DNA of 64,000 nt from Poseidonia sp. (lineage in GTDB: Archaea; Thermoplasmatota; Poseidoniia; Poseidoniales; Poseidoniaceae). The position numbers and the translations under genes are program-made. Shown here in pieces: positions 36,447 to 46,100 of the stretch. The stretch covers positions 24,516 to 88,515 of the forward strand of contig JAKMEE010000039.1 of NCBI GenBank assembly GCA_022426155.1, written 5' to 3'. Under the pieces are notes generated by a model. It saw only the letters and a program-made list of their open reading frames with translations, ran no database searches and was not told the origin of the DNA. Within the stretch, counting starts at the first letter, position 1; each line of letters starts with the position of its first letter.

Positions 36447-38227
36447 TTCATCACCTCTGTTAACAAATCATCCACGCTACCCACCTTTTTGTATCTTCCA
36501 CCATCCATGATGTGGAGGGCTTCAAATAAGCCGAGTCCGAGTGCTAATTCTTCTTGTCCAGCGAGTGATTTTGCTAGCGGCTTGTATCTGGTCATGAGTT
36601 GGGCTGTTACATCACGATGTTCATTTAAGAAATTTGAGAGCATCGTGGGTGATGTTGCCCGTCCTGCAGGCATTTTTGGACGTCGAACAATGTCTTTTGG
36701 TAATCCAGTAAGATCAGCCGCTGCTCGTAAAGCAGCCTTTTCTTCTAAGGAGTCTGGGAGGCGCCAATCCATTGGTAGTTGAGCGGCTTGACGGCGATGA
36801 GGGCCGCCAAGGAAGGGCACACGGACTTCCAAGGAGTGTGCCATCGAATGGCGATCAACCAAACGTAGTTGGAAATTGCTTAATTGGCCGTGGTTCATCT
36901 CAAACTCAAGGCATGATTGTAGGGATCCCAAATGTTCGGCCGGTTGGTGAGTTGATTGAAACCATCCATCGTCTGTATTCAAGGGACCGTTCATCAGACG
37001 TTCAGAATCTGATGTTGGTAAGGCCATGATGCGGCGCTGTATTTCTTGTTGATACATGGGAATGTTCCGATATCTTGGATACCCTGCATGGAGTTCATCT
37101 GCACCTTGTCCACACAGACCCACTTTGACCTTCTGTGCCATGGTTTTGAACAGTGGCTGGAAAAAGAGAACTGTGACATCAAGGTCTTCTCCATGCCATA
37201 CAAGGTCGGGTAAACTTTGGTGAAATGCTTCTGGGTCCAAGATGTGCTGGTGATGTTCAAGATCGAAATGTTGGGCCACACGTTCTGCGGCAATCCAATC
37301 TGGATTATGTTCATCTTCGGCCACAGTCCAGCAGGCAGGAACCGGCTGTTCGGCACGTTGTGCTGCTTCATTGGCTACAGCCGCAACCAAACTAGAATCC
37401 AAACCCCCAGAGAGAACAATCCCAACAGGCACATCTGCCATCAAACGTTGTTGTACACTCGTGATGAATGAATCCAGCAATATTGGAGCTTGACTGCTTG
37501 GATCCCATGCAGAATCTGGAGTGAGGGCTTGGTTCTCGATCGTGGCAATGCCAGTCATGATGGCATGTCCAGTTTCATCAAGCATCCAAGTTTCGACTGT
37601 TCCTGGTCGGACTTGATGAACACCTTTCAGCAGAGTGGTTGCATCGAGCGGATATTCCCAAGCAACACGTGCTGAGAGTGCTAGGGTGTCCAATTCAGGG
37701 ATATGACGCTCATCTGCTCTGAGGCCTTTGACTTCACTTGAAAAAATCAGAGATCCCTCCACCATCGTCTTGACCAACGGTTTGATTCCTAATGGGTCAC
37801 GTGCCAATATCAGCTGTTTTTCGTTGGAATCCCACAGAGCAAGAGCATACATCCCTTCCATTTTACCGATCCAGTTTGCGTGGTCTTGGGCAGTCAACGG
37901 GCTCGAGGTTTTTGCCTGATTTGAGCGGTGAAGGGCAAGAATGGTTTCACTATCTCCCATGGTTGTGTATGGGTAGGGGGGGAGAAGCCGTTTCAAATCT
38001 AGATGATTGTAAATTTCTCCGTTGACGACGAGTGTTGTTCCATCAGGCCCTAATAGTGGTTGATGACTTCCCTCAATATCAACAATTGCCAACCGTGTAT
38101 GGGCAAGCATCACATTATCATCGGACCAAACATCGTTTCCGTCAGGTCCTCGATGAGCTTGGAGTGCATTCATGCGGTGGCCGATGGATAAATCGGGAGA
38201 CCCCAGCATCCCTCCTATGCCGCACAT
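36443..38227 (-). CDS. asnB: Asparagine synthase (glutamine-hydrolysing) family amidotransferase
   Basis: N-terminal MCGI, HRGPD, RLAIVD, NGEIYN, ARDPLGIKPL, LSGGLDSS, GQGADEL, SLEVRVPFL. Confidence 0.92.
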   Translation of the reverse strand: MCGIGGMLGSPDLSIGHRMNALQAHRGPDGNDVWSDDNVMLAHTRLAIVDIEGSHQPLLGPDGTTLVVNGEIYNHLDLKRLLPPYPYTTMGDSETILALHRSNQAKTSSPLTAQDHANWIGKMEGMYALALWDSNEKQLILARDPLGIKPLVKTMVEGSLIFSSEVKGLRADERHIPELDTLALSARVAWEYPLDATTLLKGVHQVRPGTVETWMLDETGHAIMTGIATIENQALTPDSAWDPSSQAPILLDSFITSVQQRLMADVPVGIVLSGGLDSSLVAAVANEAAQRAEQPVPACWTVAEDEHNPDWIAAERVAQHFDLEHHQHILDPEAFHQSLPDLVWHGEDLDVTVLFFQPLFKTMAQKVKVGLCGQGADELHAGYPRYRNIPMYQQEIQRRIMALPTSDSERLMNGPLNTDDGWFQSTHQPAEHLGSLQSCLEFEMNHGQLSNFQLRLVDRHSMAHSLEVRVPFLGGPHRRQAAQLPMDWRLPDSLEEKAALRAAADLTGLPKDIVRRPKMPAGRATSPTMLSNFLNEHRDVTAQLMTRYKPLAKSLAGQEELALGLGLFEALHIMDGGRYKKVGSVDDLLTEVMN

Positions 38228-38472
38228 AGTGCCGAGGAACGGTAGGTTCCTTTTGAATGAATGTAATCAGGAGAAGAGAATTTCACCAAAGTGGGTATCG
38301 GAACATGACAACGCCGAGGAGGACAATGGAAAGTCCAAAGGCGAATTGGTAGGCCAACTGAGGGGGGTCATTGCTATCTGAATCGTCGGACATGGGTGTT
38401 CCTCAAACAGACGAACGGAAGCCCCCATTTCAACATATTGAGGAATTCCTCTCAAAGAATTCAATCTGGAGG

Positions 38473-39096
38473 TCACATGATTTGAGCAAAGGGCTCGAAC
38501 ATCAGAATGAATGCCAAGGGGATCAGGAGCATTGTGGCGTTGTCATCGATGTAGGTCAATCGAGGCCATTCTGAAATCATTGCAATGGGTGCAAGAACAA
38601 AAGCCATCCACATGGGGGTGCCAAATTGCCAAGAGCAAAGAAGCCAAATAATGATCAAGAACCCTGTCGCAGCCATCATCACTTTACGGTCATTCCATCC
38701 TTTCCGTCGCATTTCTCCCATCAAAGGGTCACCCAGAGCCAGTGACAATACAAGTGGCCAAGCATAAGCTTCGTCTGGTACGAGGAGGAACACAAAACCC
38801 AAGCTTATTGAACCCCACATCAAGGCAGAAAGTTGAGTTGCTTCATAATCACGCTGACCAAAAATCGTGATGCCAAGTCGAAGGCGGATGGCTTCAGCAC
38901 ACAACAGGGCCAGCATCAATGCCGCCACCAATTGTGGAAGTGAGAGGGAGACAGCATCAGCAACGGCCTCACCGTGAGAAAAATATGCCCAGGGTACTAT
39001 GGCCATTCCGACGTGAATGGACCGGCGAAACACGTGTCCTCTCATTCCACCCACGGACAAATCCACAGGGTTCGTGAGTTCAACCTGAGCGCTCAT
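38473..39096 (-). CDS. CTP-dependent dolichol/phytol kinase-like membrane protein
   Basis: FRRSIH, LALGDPLMG, IDDNATMLLIP; multi-TM. Confidence 0.7.
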   Translation of the reverse strand: MSAQVELTNPVDLSVGGMRGHVFRRSIHVGMAIVPWAYFSHGEAVADAVSLSLPQLVAALMLALLCAEAIRLRLGITIFGQRDYEATQLSALMWGSISLGFVFLLVPDEAYAWPLVLSLALGDPLMGEMRRKGWNDRKVMMAATGFLIIIWLLCSWQFGTPMWMAFVLAPIAMISEWPRLTYIDDNATMLLIPLAFILMFEPFAQIM

Positions 39097-40030
39097 GGTT
39101 CTCGCCTTTGAGCGTCATTAAAGCCTTCTCAATATCAAGTGTACCCTTTGCGAGGTCTTCCATCACACGATTGTACAGTGGGTGAGAGGTCAACCGCCGC
39201 TCATGTTGTGCCAGTAAACGTTCTCGCATGCGGGCGCGTTTGGCTCGTTGGGATGATGGGAGGTCATGGAGGAGGGAAGCTGCTGACTCAATTCCCTCAC
39301 CTGTTAGACCAGAAGTGAGCATAATTGGAGGAGCTTCTCCAGCGCCTAATCCAAACGATTCCTTGAGTTCAGATGCATGTTTTTCTGCTCCTTCAAGATC
39401 ACACTTGTTCACCAATATCGCATCGGCCAATTCCAATAACCCTGCCTTTTCGGCCTGAATTCCATCGCCCCGTGCAGGTCCTTCTACAACCACGATTCGG
39501 TCGGCTACCGCTGCGCACCTCAGTTCAGATTGACCTGCTCCAACGGTTTCAATCAGCACTCTATTCCAGCCGATGGCGACCAAAAATTTAGCCATGTCTT
39601 CAACGATTAGAGGTACACTCCCCGATGTTGCTCTGGTTGCAATTGAGCGTACATAGACGCGTTCTTTGATGGCCTCATCATCAACAGAGGTCATTCGTAC
39701 GCGGTCACCCAACAGCGCCCCACCGCTTCGAGGGGAACTTGGGTCAACAGCAAGGAGGGCTGTGTTGTGGCCTTGGTGAGCCCAACGAGACATCAGTGCG
39801 TCAACCAGGACAGATTTCCCAACGCCAGGAGCGCCTGTGATCGCCATTATGCTCCAACCATCAACCTCGCCAACAATTGGGCTCAGTGACTCAAGAGCCT
39901 GAGATAAGGATAGAGTCCCATTTTCTATAGAAGATAAGACTCGTGCAATTGAACGACGAGAGCCGTTGGATGCTGATTGAACTTCATCCGACAATCGAAC
40001 ACCTCTCATGCCTTTGATGTCCAATGCCAT
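39080..40030 (-). CDS. meaB: MeaB/ArgK GTPase, methylmalonyl-CoA mutase chaperone
   Basis: ITGAPGVGKS, AVDPSSPRSGGALLGDRVRM, IETVGAGQSE, GDGIQAEKAGLLE, NKCD. Confidence 0.93.
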   Translation of the reverse strand: MALDIKGMRGVRLSDEVQSASNGSRRSIARVLSSIENGTLSLSQALESLSPIVGEVDGWSIMAITGAPGVGKSVLVDALMSRWAHQGHNTALLAVDPSSPRSGGALLGDRVRMTSVDDEAIKERVYVRSIATRATSGSVPLIVEDMAKFLVAIGWNRVLIETVGAGQSELRCAAVADRIVVVEGPARGDGIQAEKAGLLELADAILVNKCDLEGAEKHASELKESFGLGAGEAPPIMLTSGLTGEGIESAASLLHDLPSSQRAKRARMRERLLAQHERRLTSHPLYNRVMEDLAKGTLDIEKALMTLKGENHERSG

Positions 40031-40452
40031 TCATTGCCTTGTCCAACACCAGCGTCATCCATCTTGCTGGCTTGATCAATGAACTCTAGAATTTCAGACG
40101 TCGGTGTTCCTGGCCCAAATATTGCTTTGATTCCGGCTTCAAAGAGTGCTTCTCTGTCTTCATGGGGGATGATTCCTCCGCCGAAAACAATCACATCATC
40201 CAAGCCTTCAGACATCAATTCTTCACAAACACGTGGGAAGAGGTGACCATGAGCTCCCGAGAGTGATGACAAACCTAAGAAACGAGCATCTTCATCGCGA
40301 ACAGTCTCAACAATTTGCTTGGCGGTTCTTCTCAAACCGGTGTAAATTACTTCGTGACCAGCATCTCTGAGGGTTCTGGCCACCACCTTTGCGCCTCGGT
40401 CGTGTCCATCAAGTCCAGGCTTGGCGACGACAATCCTCAACGGTTGGGCCAT
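40006..40452 (-). CDS. Methylmalonyl-CoA mutase, cobalamin-binding (small) subunit
   Basis: AKPGLDGHDRGAK, LRDAG.EVIYTG, SSLSGAH, GGGIIP, FGPGT. Start taken at MAQPLRI. Confidence 0.93.
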   Translation of the reverse strand: MAQPLRIVVAKPGLDGHDRGAKVVARTLRDAGHEVIYTGLRRTAKQIVETVRDEDARFLGLSSLSGAHGHLFPRVCEELMSEGLDDVIVFGGGIIPHEDREALFEAGIKAIFGPGTPTSEILEFIDQASKMDDAGVGQGNEWHWTSKA

Positions 40453-40589
40453 GATGTGAGGAAGAGGCGCCACCCTAAGAACGCAACCCTTCTGCTCGGT
40501 CTGCGAGAGGTTCTTCAAACGGCATGAGCCGATGAAAAGAAGAGCAACGCATAAGGGCGTCTTTTTCATCCAAGGGTTGAGGGAAGAGG

Positions 40590-42143
40590 ATGGCAACCAC
40601 GGAGGAGCGACTCAAAGACCTCAGAAATCGTAAGTCTCGAAGCGAAGCTGGAGGCGGTCAAGCACGCGTTGATGCTCAGCATAATCGTGGTAAGATGACA
40701 GCAAGAGAGCGCTTGGAAATGTTGCTTGACGATGGCTCTTTCCAAGAGATTGATGCTTTGGTTGAACATCGTTGTCGAGATTTTGACATGGATAAGAACA
40801 TCATTCCTGGTGACGGCGTGGTCACCGGACACGGTATGGTGAATGGCCGGGAAGTATTTGCTTTCGCACAGGACTTCACCGTTTACGGTGGTTCGTTGGG
40901 CGAGATGCACGGCCTTAAAATTTGCAAGGTATTGGATATGGCTCTCAAAACTGGACGTCCAGTGATTGGGCTGAATGATTCTGGCGGTGCTCGAATCCAA
41001 GAAGGTGTGGCTTCGCTCGGGTCCTATGCAGAGATTTTCTTCCGGAATGTCAGAGCTTCAGGTGTTGTGCCTCAAATCTCAGTCATCATGGGGCCTTGTG
41101 CTGGAGGCGCAGTTTATTCTCCAGCTATCACTGACTTCGTCATTATGGTCGATCAAACAGCACACATGTTCATCACAGGTCCAGAAGTTATCAAAACGGT
41201 CACCAACGAAGTGGTTTCGTTTGAGGACTTGGGTGGTGCAGCAACTCATGGTTCCAAGTCTGGAGTTTCACATTTCACAGCCTCCGATGACGAGAATGCG
41301 ATTCAATTAGCGCGAGATTTGTGCGACCTCCTACCTCAGAACAACCTCGAGCGACCACCTATTCGCAAGACCAGTGATTCTCCAGGCCGTTTGTGTGATG
41401 CACTTGATAGCATCATCCCGGATGATCCATCCAAGCCTTACGATGTTCTCGATGTCATCACAGAAATATTGGATGATGGTGGTTTCATGGAAGTTCAAGC
41501 CGAATGGGCTCAGAACATCGTCATTGGTTTCGGACATCTTGGTGGAAAAACAGTGGGTGTTGTGGCCAATCAACCAAAGGTTTTGGCAGGCTGTCTTGAC
41601 ATTGATGCAAGCGATAAAGCGGCTCGTTTTGTTCGGTTCTGTGATGCATTTAACATCCCCATTGTTACCCTTGAAGATGTGCCAGGGTTTTTACCAGGTA
41701 CGAATCAAGAATGGGGCGGCATCATCCGCCACGGAGCGAAATTACTCTATGCCTTCGCAGAAGCAACCGTCCCCAAACTCACGGTCATTCTACGCAAAGC
41801 CTACGGTGGAGCCTACGATGTGATGTCCAGTAAGCACATCCGTGGTGATTACAATGTTGCATGGCCTTCCGCAGAATTGGCGGTTATGGGTGCAGATGGA
41901 GCAGTTGAAATCATCCATAGGCGTCGTATCCAACATGCTCGAAACCCAGAGCAAGAACGTGAGCGTCTCTCTGAAGACTTCAAGGACACCTTTGCCAATC
42001 CATACAAAGCAGCGGCGCTTGGGTATCTTGATGATGTCATTGAACCGAATCAAACACGGCGACAGCTTTGCCGTGCCCTTGACATGTTGATGGACAAGGA
42101 AGAACTCAGGCCTGCCCGAAAGCATGGCAATATACCGTTGTGA
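40590..42143 (+). CDS. pccB: Acyl-CoA (propionyl/methylmalonyl-CoA) carboxyltransferase subunit
   Basis: GKMTARER, GDGVVTG, DSGGARIQEG, GPCAGGAVYSPA, DVPGFLPG, RKAYGGAY, KHGNIPL. Confidence 0.93.
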   Translation: MATTEERLKDLRNRKSRSEAGGGQARVDAQHNRGKMTARERLEMLLDDGSFQEIDALVEHRCRDFDMDKNIIPGDGVVTGHGMVNGREVFAFAQDFTVYGGSLGEMHGLKICKVLDMALKTGRPVIGLNDSGGARIQEGVASLGSYAEIFFRNVRASGVVPQISVIMGPCAGGAVYSPAITDFVIMVDQTAHMFITGPEVIKTVTNEVVSFEDLGGAATHGSKSGVSHFTASDDENAIQLARDLCDLLPQNNLERPPIRKTSDSPGRLCDALDSIIPDDPSKPYDVLDVITEILDDGGFMEVQAEWAQNIVIGFGHLGGKTVGVVANQPKVLAGCLDIDASDKAARFVRFCDAFNIPIVTLEDVPGFLPGTNQEWGGIIRHGAKLLYAFAEATVPKLTVILRKAYGGAYDVMSSKHIRGDYNVAWPSAELAVMGADGAVEIIHRRRIQHARNPEQERERLSEDFKDTFANPYKAAALGYLDDVIEPNQTRRQLCRALDMLMDKEELRPARKHGNIPL

Positions 42144-42152
42144 GGGAAATCC

Positions 42153-42344
42153 ATGGCAAGCGATGAATCAGTTTTGAGAATGGCTGCCATTGCTGCAGTG
42201 CTCGCAGTAACTCGGCAACAAGGACCGGACCCTGCTGAGCAGGCTCGAAAGTTAGGCCTACCCTGGTCTCAAGATCATCGAAGGATGATGACCGGTCAGG
42301 CATCTTTGATGCGGTCAAAGAGCCAACGCTCTCCTTGGAGGTAA
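42153..42344 (+). CDS. Small acyl-CoA carboxylase accessory (epsilon/delta-like) subunit
   Basis: AAIAAVLA helix followed by W...R, placed between the carboxyltransferase and the biotin carrier. Confidence 0.6.
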   Translation: MASDESVLRMAAIAAVLAVTRQQGPDPAEQARKLGLPWSQDHRRMMTGQASLMRSKSQRSPWR

Positions 42345-42348
42345 TCTC

Positions 42349-42765
42349 ATGTCGGATGTACAAAAAGTAATGATTGACGGTGTTGAGTACGAAGTACAGC
42401 TTGAAGGAGAGGGGACCAAATGGAAAGCAACGGTCGAGGGACGTACCTTTGAAATTGAAATTCCCGATGCGGGCCCTGCAGTAAAACAACGCCGTTCCCG
42501 CTCTGGCAAGAAGAAGAAGTCAGGTACCGTCTCTGCAAACATACCAGGGAAGATTGTCACCGTTGAAGTGAACGAAGGAGACGAAGTCGTGGAGGGTCAG
42601 GTCATCCTGATTTTAGAAGCCATGAAAATGCAGAACGAGATTCAAGCTCCTGTTTCAGGAACCGTTTCCTCGGTTCAGTGTTCCGAGGGTGAGGCAATTG
42701 AAGCGAATGTGCCACTCGTGGTCATTGAACCAGCACCCGAGCCAGAAATAGAGGAAGAAGATTGA
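42349..42765 (+). CDS. Biotin carboxyl carrier protein
   Basis: IPGKIV, LEAMKMQNEI biotinylation motif; GGAGGT RBS. Confidence 0.93.
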   Translation: MSDVQKVMIDGVEYEVQLEGEGTKWKATVEGRTFEIEIPDAGPAVKQRRSRSGKKKKSGTVSANIPGKIVTVEVNEGDEVVEGQVILILEAMKMQNEIQAPVSGTVSSVQCSEGEAIEANVPLVVIEPAPEPEIEEED

Positions 42766-42789
42766 TGCCCCGATGCCGAGCAAGACTTA

Positions 42790-43056
42790 ATGAAGCATGA
42801 AATGGAGTTCTTTGTTATGGGCGAGAAAGCGGTCTGCGATTTACCAGGATGCGGTGAAGAGGGAATGATTGTTTCTCGTTTGTCCCCCGAGGGATACCTC
42901 GTTGCAACCGGAAAGAAAGCCTATTCGTTCCGGGAAGCCTACCGTCGCTTCCATTATTGTCAAGCACATCATGATGAGTTAATGGGTGGCGTTTGGTCGA
43001 GAGTTCGAAAGCCCGATGATAAAAACGATGGGCATGTTGCACCAACAGCTATCTGA
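42790..43056 (+). CDS. Small hypothetical protein, possible Zn-binding
   Basis: CDLPGC ... CQAHH. Confidence 0.55.
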   Translation: MKHEMEFFVMGEKAVCDLPGCGEEGMIVSRLSPEGYLVATGKKAYSFREAYRRFHYCQAHHDELMGGVWSRVRKPDDKNDGHVAPTAI

Positions 43057-43104
43057 GATTGATGGAACTGTTAGGCTGATATACCCTCAATACTTAGCGT
43101 AAAC

Positions 43105-46100
43105 ATGTCCAGTGTAAGCCAAGATACGAGTCAGAGTAAATCTGCATCATTTTCGATCGTCCTACTCATGCTCATTTCCGTTCTCTCAGCAGGATTATCA
43201 ACCGTTCAAGCGGTTGGGCCCAATCAAAACGATCTTGGTTCCGGGGGAGACCTGCCCGATAATACCACTGTGAACATCACGAATTACATTTTTTCAGGGA
43301 GTTATTCCGGGTCAGGTGAACTTGACTATGGAGACGATAACGATATCATACGAGTTGCTTTGAATGCAAATCAGGGTTTGTCAGCATCGCTTTCCTTCCC
43401 ATCCACCACGACATTTTCAAACGGGACAACCGTGATGAATGATTTTGATCTAATCTTCTACGATGCTAATCTCACCTACCTTGGCGAATCATGGATGAAC
43501 AACCCAGAAACGTTGACTACGAACAATACGCAACCACACGGCGGCATGGTGTACATTGACATATTTCGCTATGATGGGGCTGGAACTTGGAATCTAACTT
43601 TGAACAAATTCGCCGTCAGCAACGGTAGTACAGGTGGCAATGGAACAGGCGGTGGCGGCGGTAGTTCCGTCACCAATTGTTCAGGAAATGGAACAAATGC
43701 ACCAGACATCCTTGAACCAAACGACTCCATGACAGCAGCGACATCTGCTTCACTGCTTCCATTGTTTTGCTCAGGCCTTTCTATTGATTCTACCTCTGAC
43801 GAAGATTTCTATGAAATCGATATGATTTCAGGAGTTACTTACTATGTGAACTTGACCTTCACGCACTCCAACGGTGACATTGACGGGCAGTGGATGGACT
43901 CCAGCGGTACTTCTCTCGGCCTGTCTGGTTCGCTTGGTTCTGGAACTGATAATGAAGCTGCTTCATATACAGCAACATCGAATTTCACTTCCTACTTGAG
44001 GGTCTACTTCTACCAATTTAGCACATGGACATCGCCCGTCTATGACATTGAACTTTCAACCAATTTACCAGGTGGGGGACAAAGCATGGAATCGGTTTAT
44101 GTCAACATCGTGAATGATACCGATGCAATGCTGACCTTCTCAGGCTTAACCGCTGGTACAACCTACGGTTACAATCACACCTATGGTCAGGTTGACTTGA
44201 ATGAATCATGGACTTGGGCAACCTCGACGAATGGAACTTTCAATGCAACCAACACCACTCACACAATGAATATCTCCATACAGGCTGCACCTGCGGAAGG
44301 GGAACTGCTCGTGTTTGCCTCGCTTTTCGATGCAGTAGGTGTGACATTGGACACGGATTATGACGAACTTGAATTTGTCATGGTTGAAGGAAGTGTCACC
44401 TCCTCAACAACGGGAGAATATTTCTTGACCAACTTGTCAATTGGAACAGATTATGCAGTTGAGTGGATGGTATTAGATTATGTTCTTTTCATGAACAATG
44501 TCTCCTCTGGATCGAACGTCTCTGATGGGATTAATGCCTCGTTGGTTGATTCAAACCAAAGCAGTTTCACAGCAACGACATCTTCTGAATCCGTTCAAGT
44601 GACATGGACGGGTCCAACTACCCTGAACCAGCACTTATTTGTCGTTGCACTTCACCTTAACAATACTGTGATTGACTACGAAACCAGCGAAAATATCACC
44701 GGAGATTTCTTTGAAGATTTCTATCCCCAACTCCCTGCCCTTCTTATCAATGGATACTCAACAAGCGTAAATGCAACAACCAATTATGTTAGCGCAGAAG
44801 GCATGGATTTGGTTGTGGGTGATGATTACAAGTACCAATACAGAGTGACGGATAGTGGAAATGCCAATGTCGCAGTATCAAGCATGACGAGTTTCACAGC
44901 AAGCGCCCAAAACATGTCCATTTCCATGTTCAATTACACAACACCAACCTCGTCCGGCAACTACTGCTTGCACGTTGATTTGTACTCGGACGTGAACGTT
45001 CAGTTGATTGGAGACACGGTGTGTATTATGTTCACTTTTGATGATGATAATGACGGTGTTCAAAATGAGTACGATCTCTGCCCGAACACCGCATCAGGAG
45101 CCTTTGTTGATCTTGATGGATGTGCACTCTCGCAGAAGGACACGGACGGTGATGGATACAACGATGCTGTTGATGCCTTCCCGTACGATGCAACCCAATA
45201 TTCAGACATGGATGGAGATGGCTACGGAGATAACGCTACAGGAAATAATCCAGATGCTTTCCCAACTGATGCCACCCAATGGTCCGACGCTGACGGCGAT
45301 GGATACGGCGATAACGCAAGTGGAAATTCACCCGATGCTTTCCCATTCGACCCAACGCAATGGTCGGATACGGATGGCGATGGTTACGGTGACAATGCAT
45401 CAGGCAATTCACCCGATGCTTGGCCAGCGGATTCCACACAATGGGCTGACAGCGATGGCGATGGGTTCGGTGACAACCCCTCGGGAACCAACGGCGATGC
45501 CTTCCCAACTGATAGTACACAATGGGCAGATTCAGATGGTGACGGCTACGGTGATAATCCTGCAGGAACCACACCCGACGTCTTCCCGAACGATGCCACT
45601 CAATGGGAAGATGCAGACCAAGATGGTCATGGTGACAATCCATCTGGATACCTCGGCGACCATTTCCCCAATGACGCCTCCCAATGGTCTGATACTGACG
45701 GAGACGGTTACGGTGACAACCAAGCAGGCACAACTCCCGATGCCTTCCCAAGCGATAGCACACAATGGTCCGACAGTGACGGTGACGGCTATGGTGATAA
45801 CGCAGCTGGTATGAATCCTGACGCCTTCCCAACCGATGCTACACAATGGATGGATGAGGATAACGACGGTTTCGGTGACAACGCTAATGGCAACAATGGC
45901 GACCAATGTCTTGACACACCAAACGGCGAGATTGTTGATGAGAATGGTTGTTCTGCATCCCAACTCGATGAAGATCTGGATGGTGTTTCCGATGCCAATG
46001 ATGCCTGTCCTGGTACGCCTGCTGGAGAATCGGTTGATACTGTCGGCTGTTCAACCAGCCAAGAAGACAGTGACAATGATGGCGTGATGGATGCATTCGA

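Noticed and set aside
38267-38476. 69-aa GTG-start ORF overlapping the kinase-like gene stop
   Set aside because: The coupling is suggestive, but the sequence has no recognisable features and competing ORFs exist on the other strand; cannot be supported.
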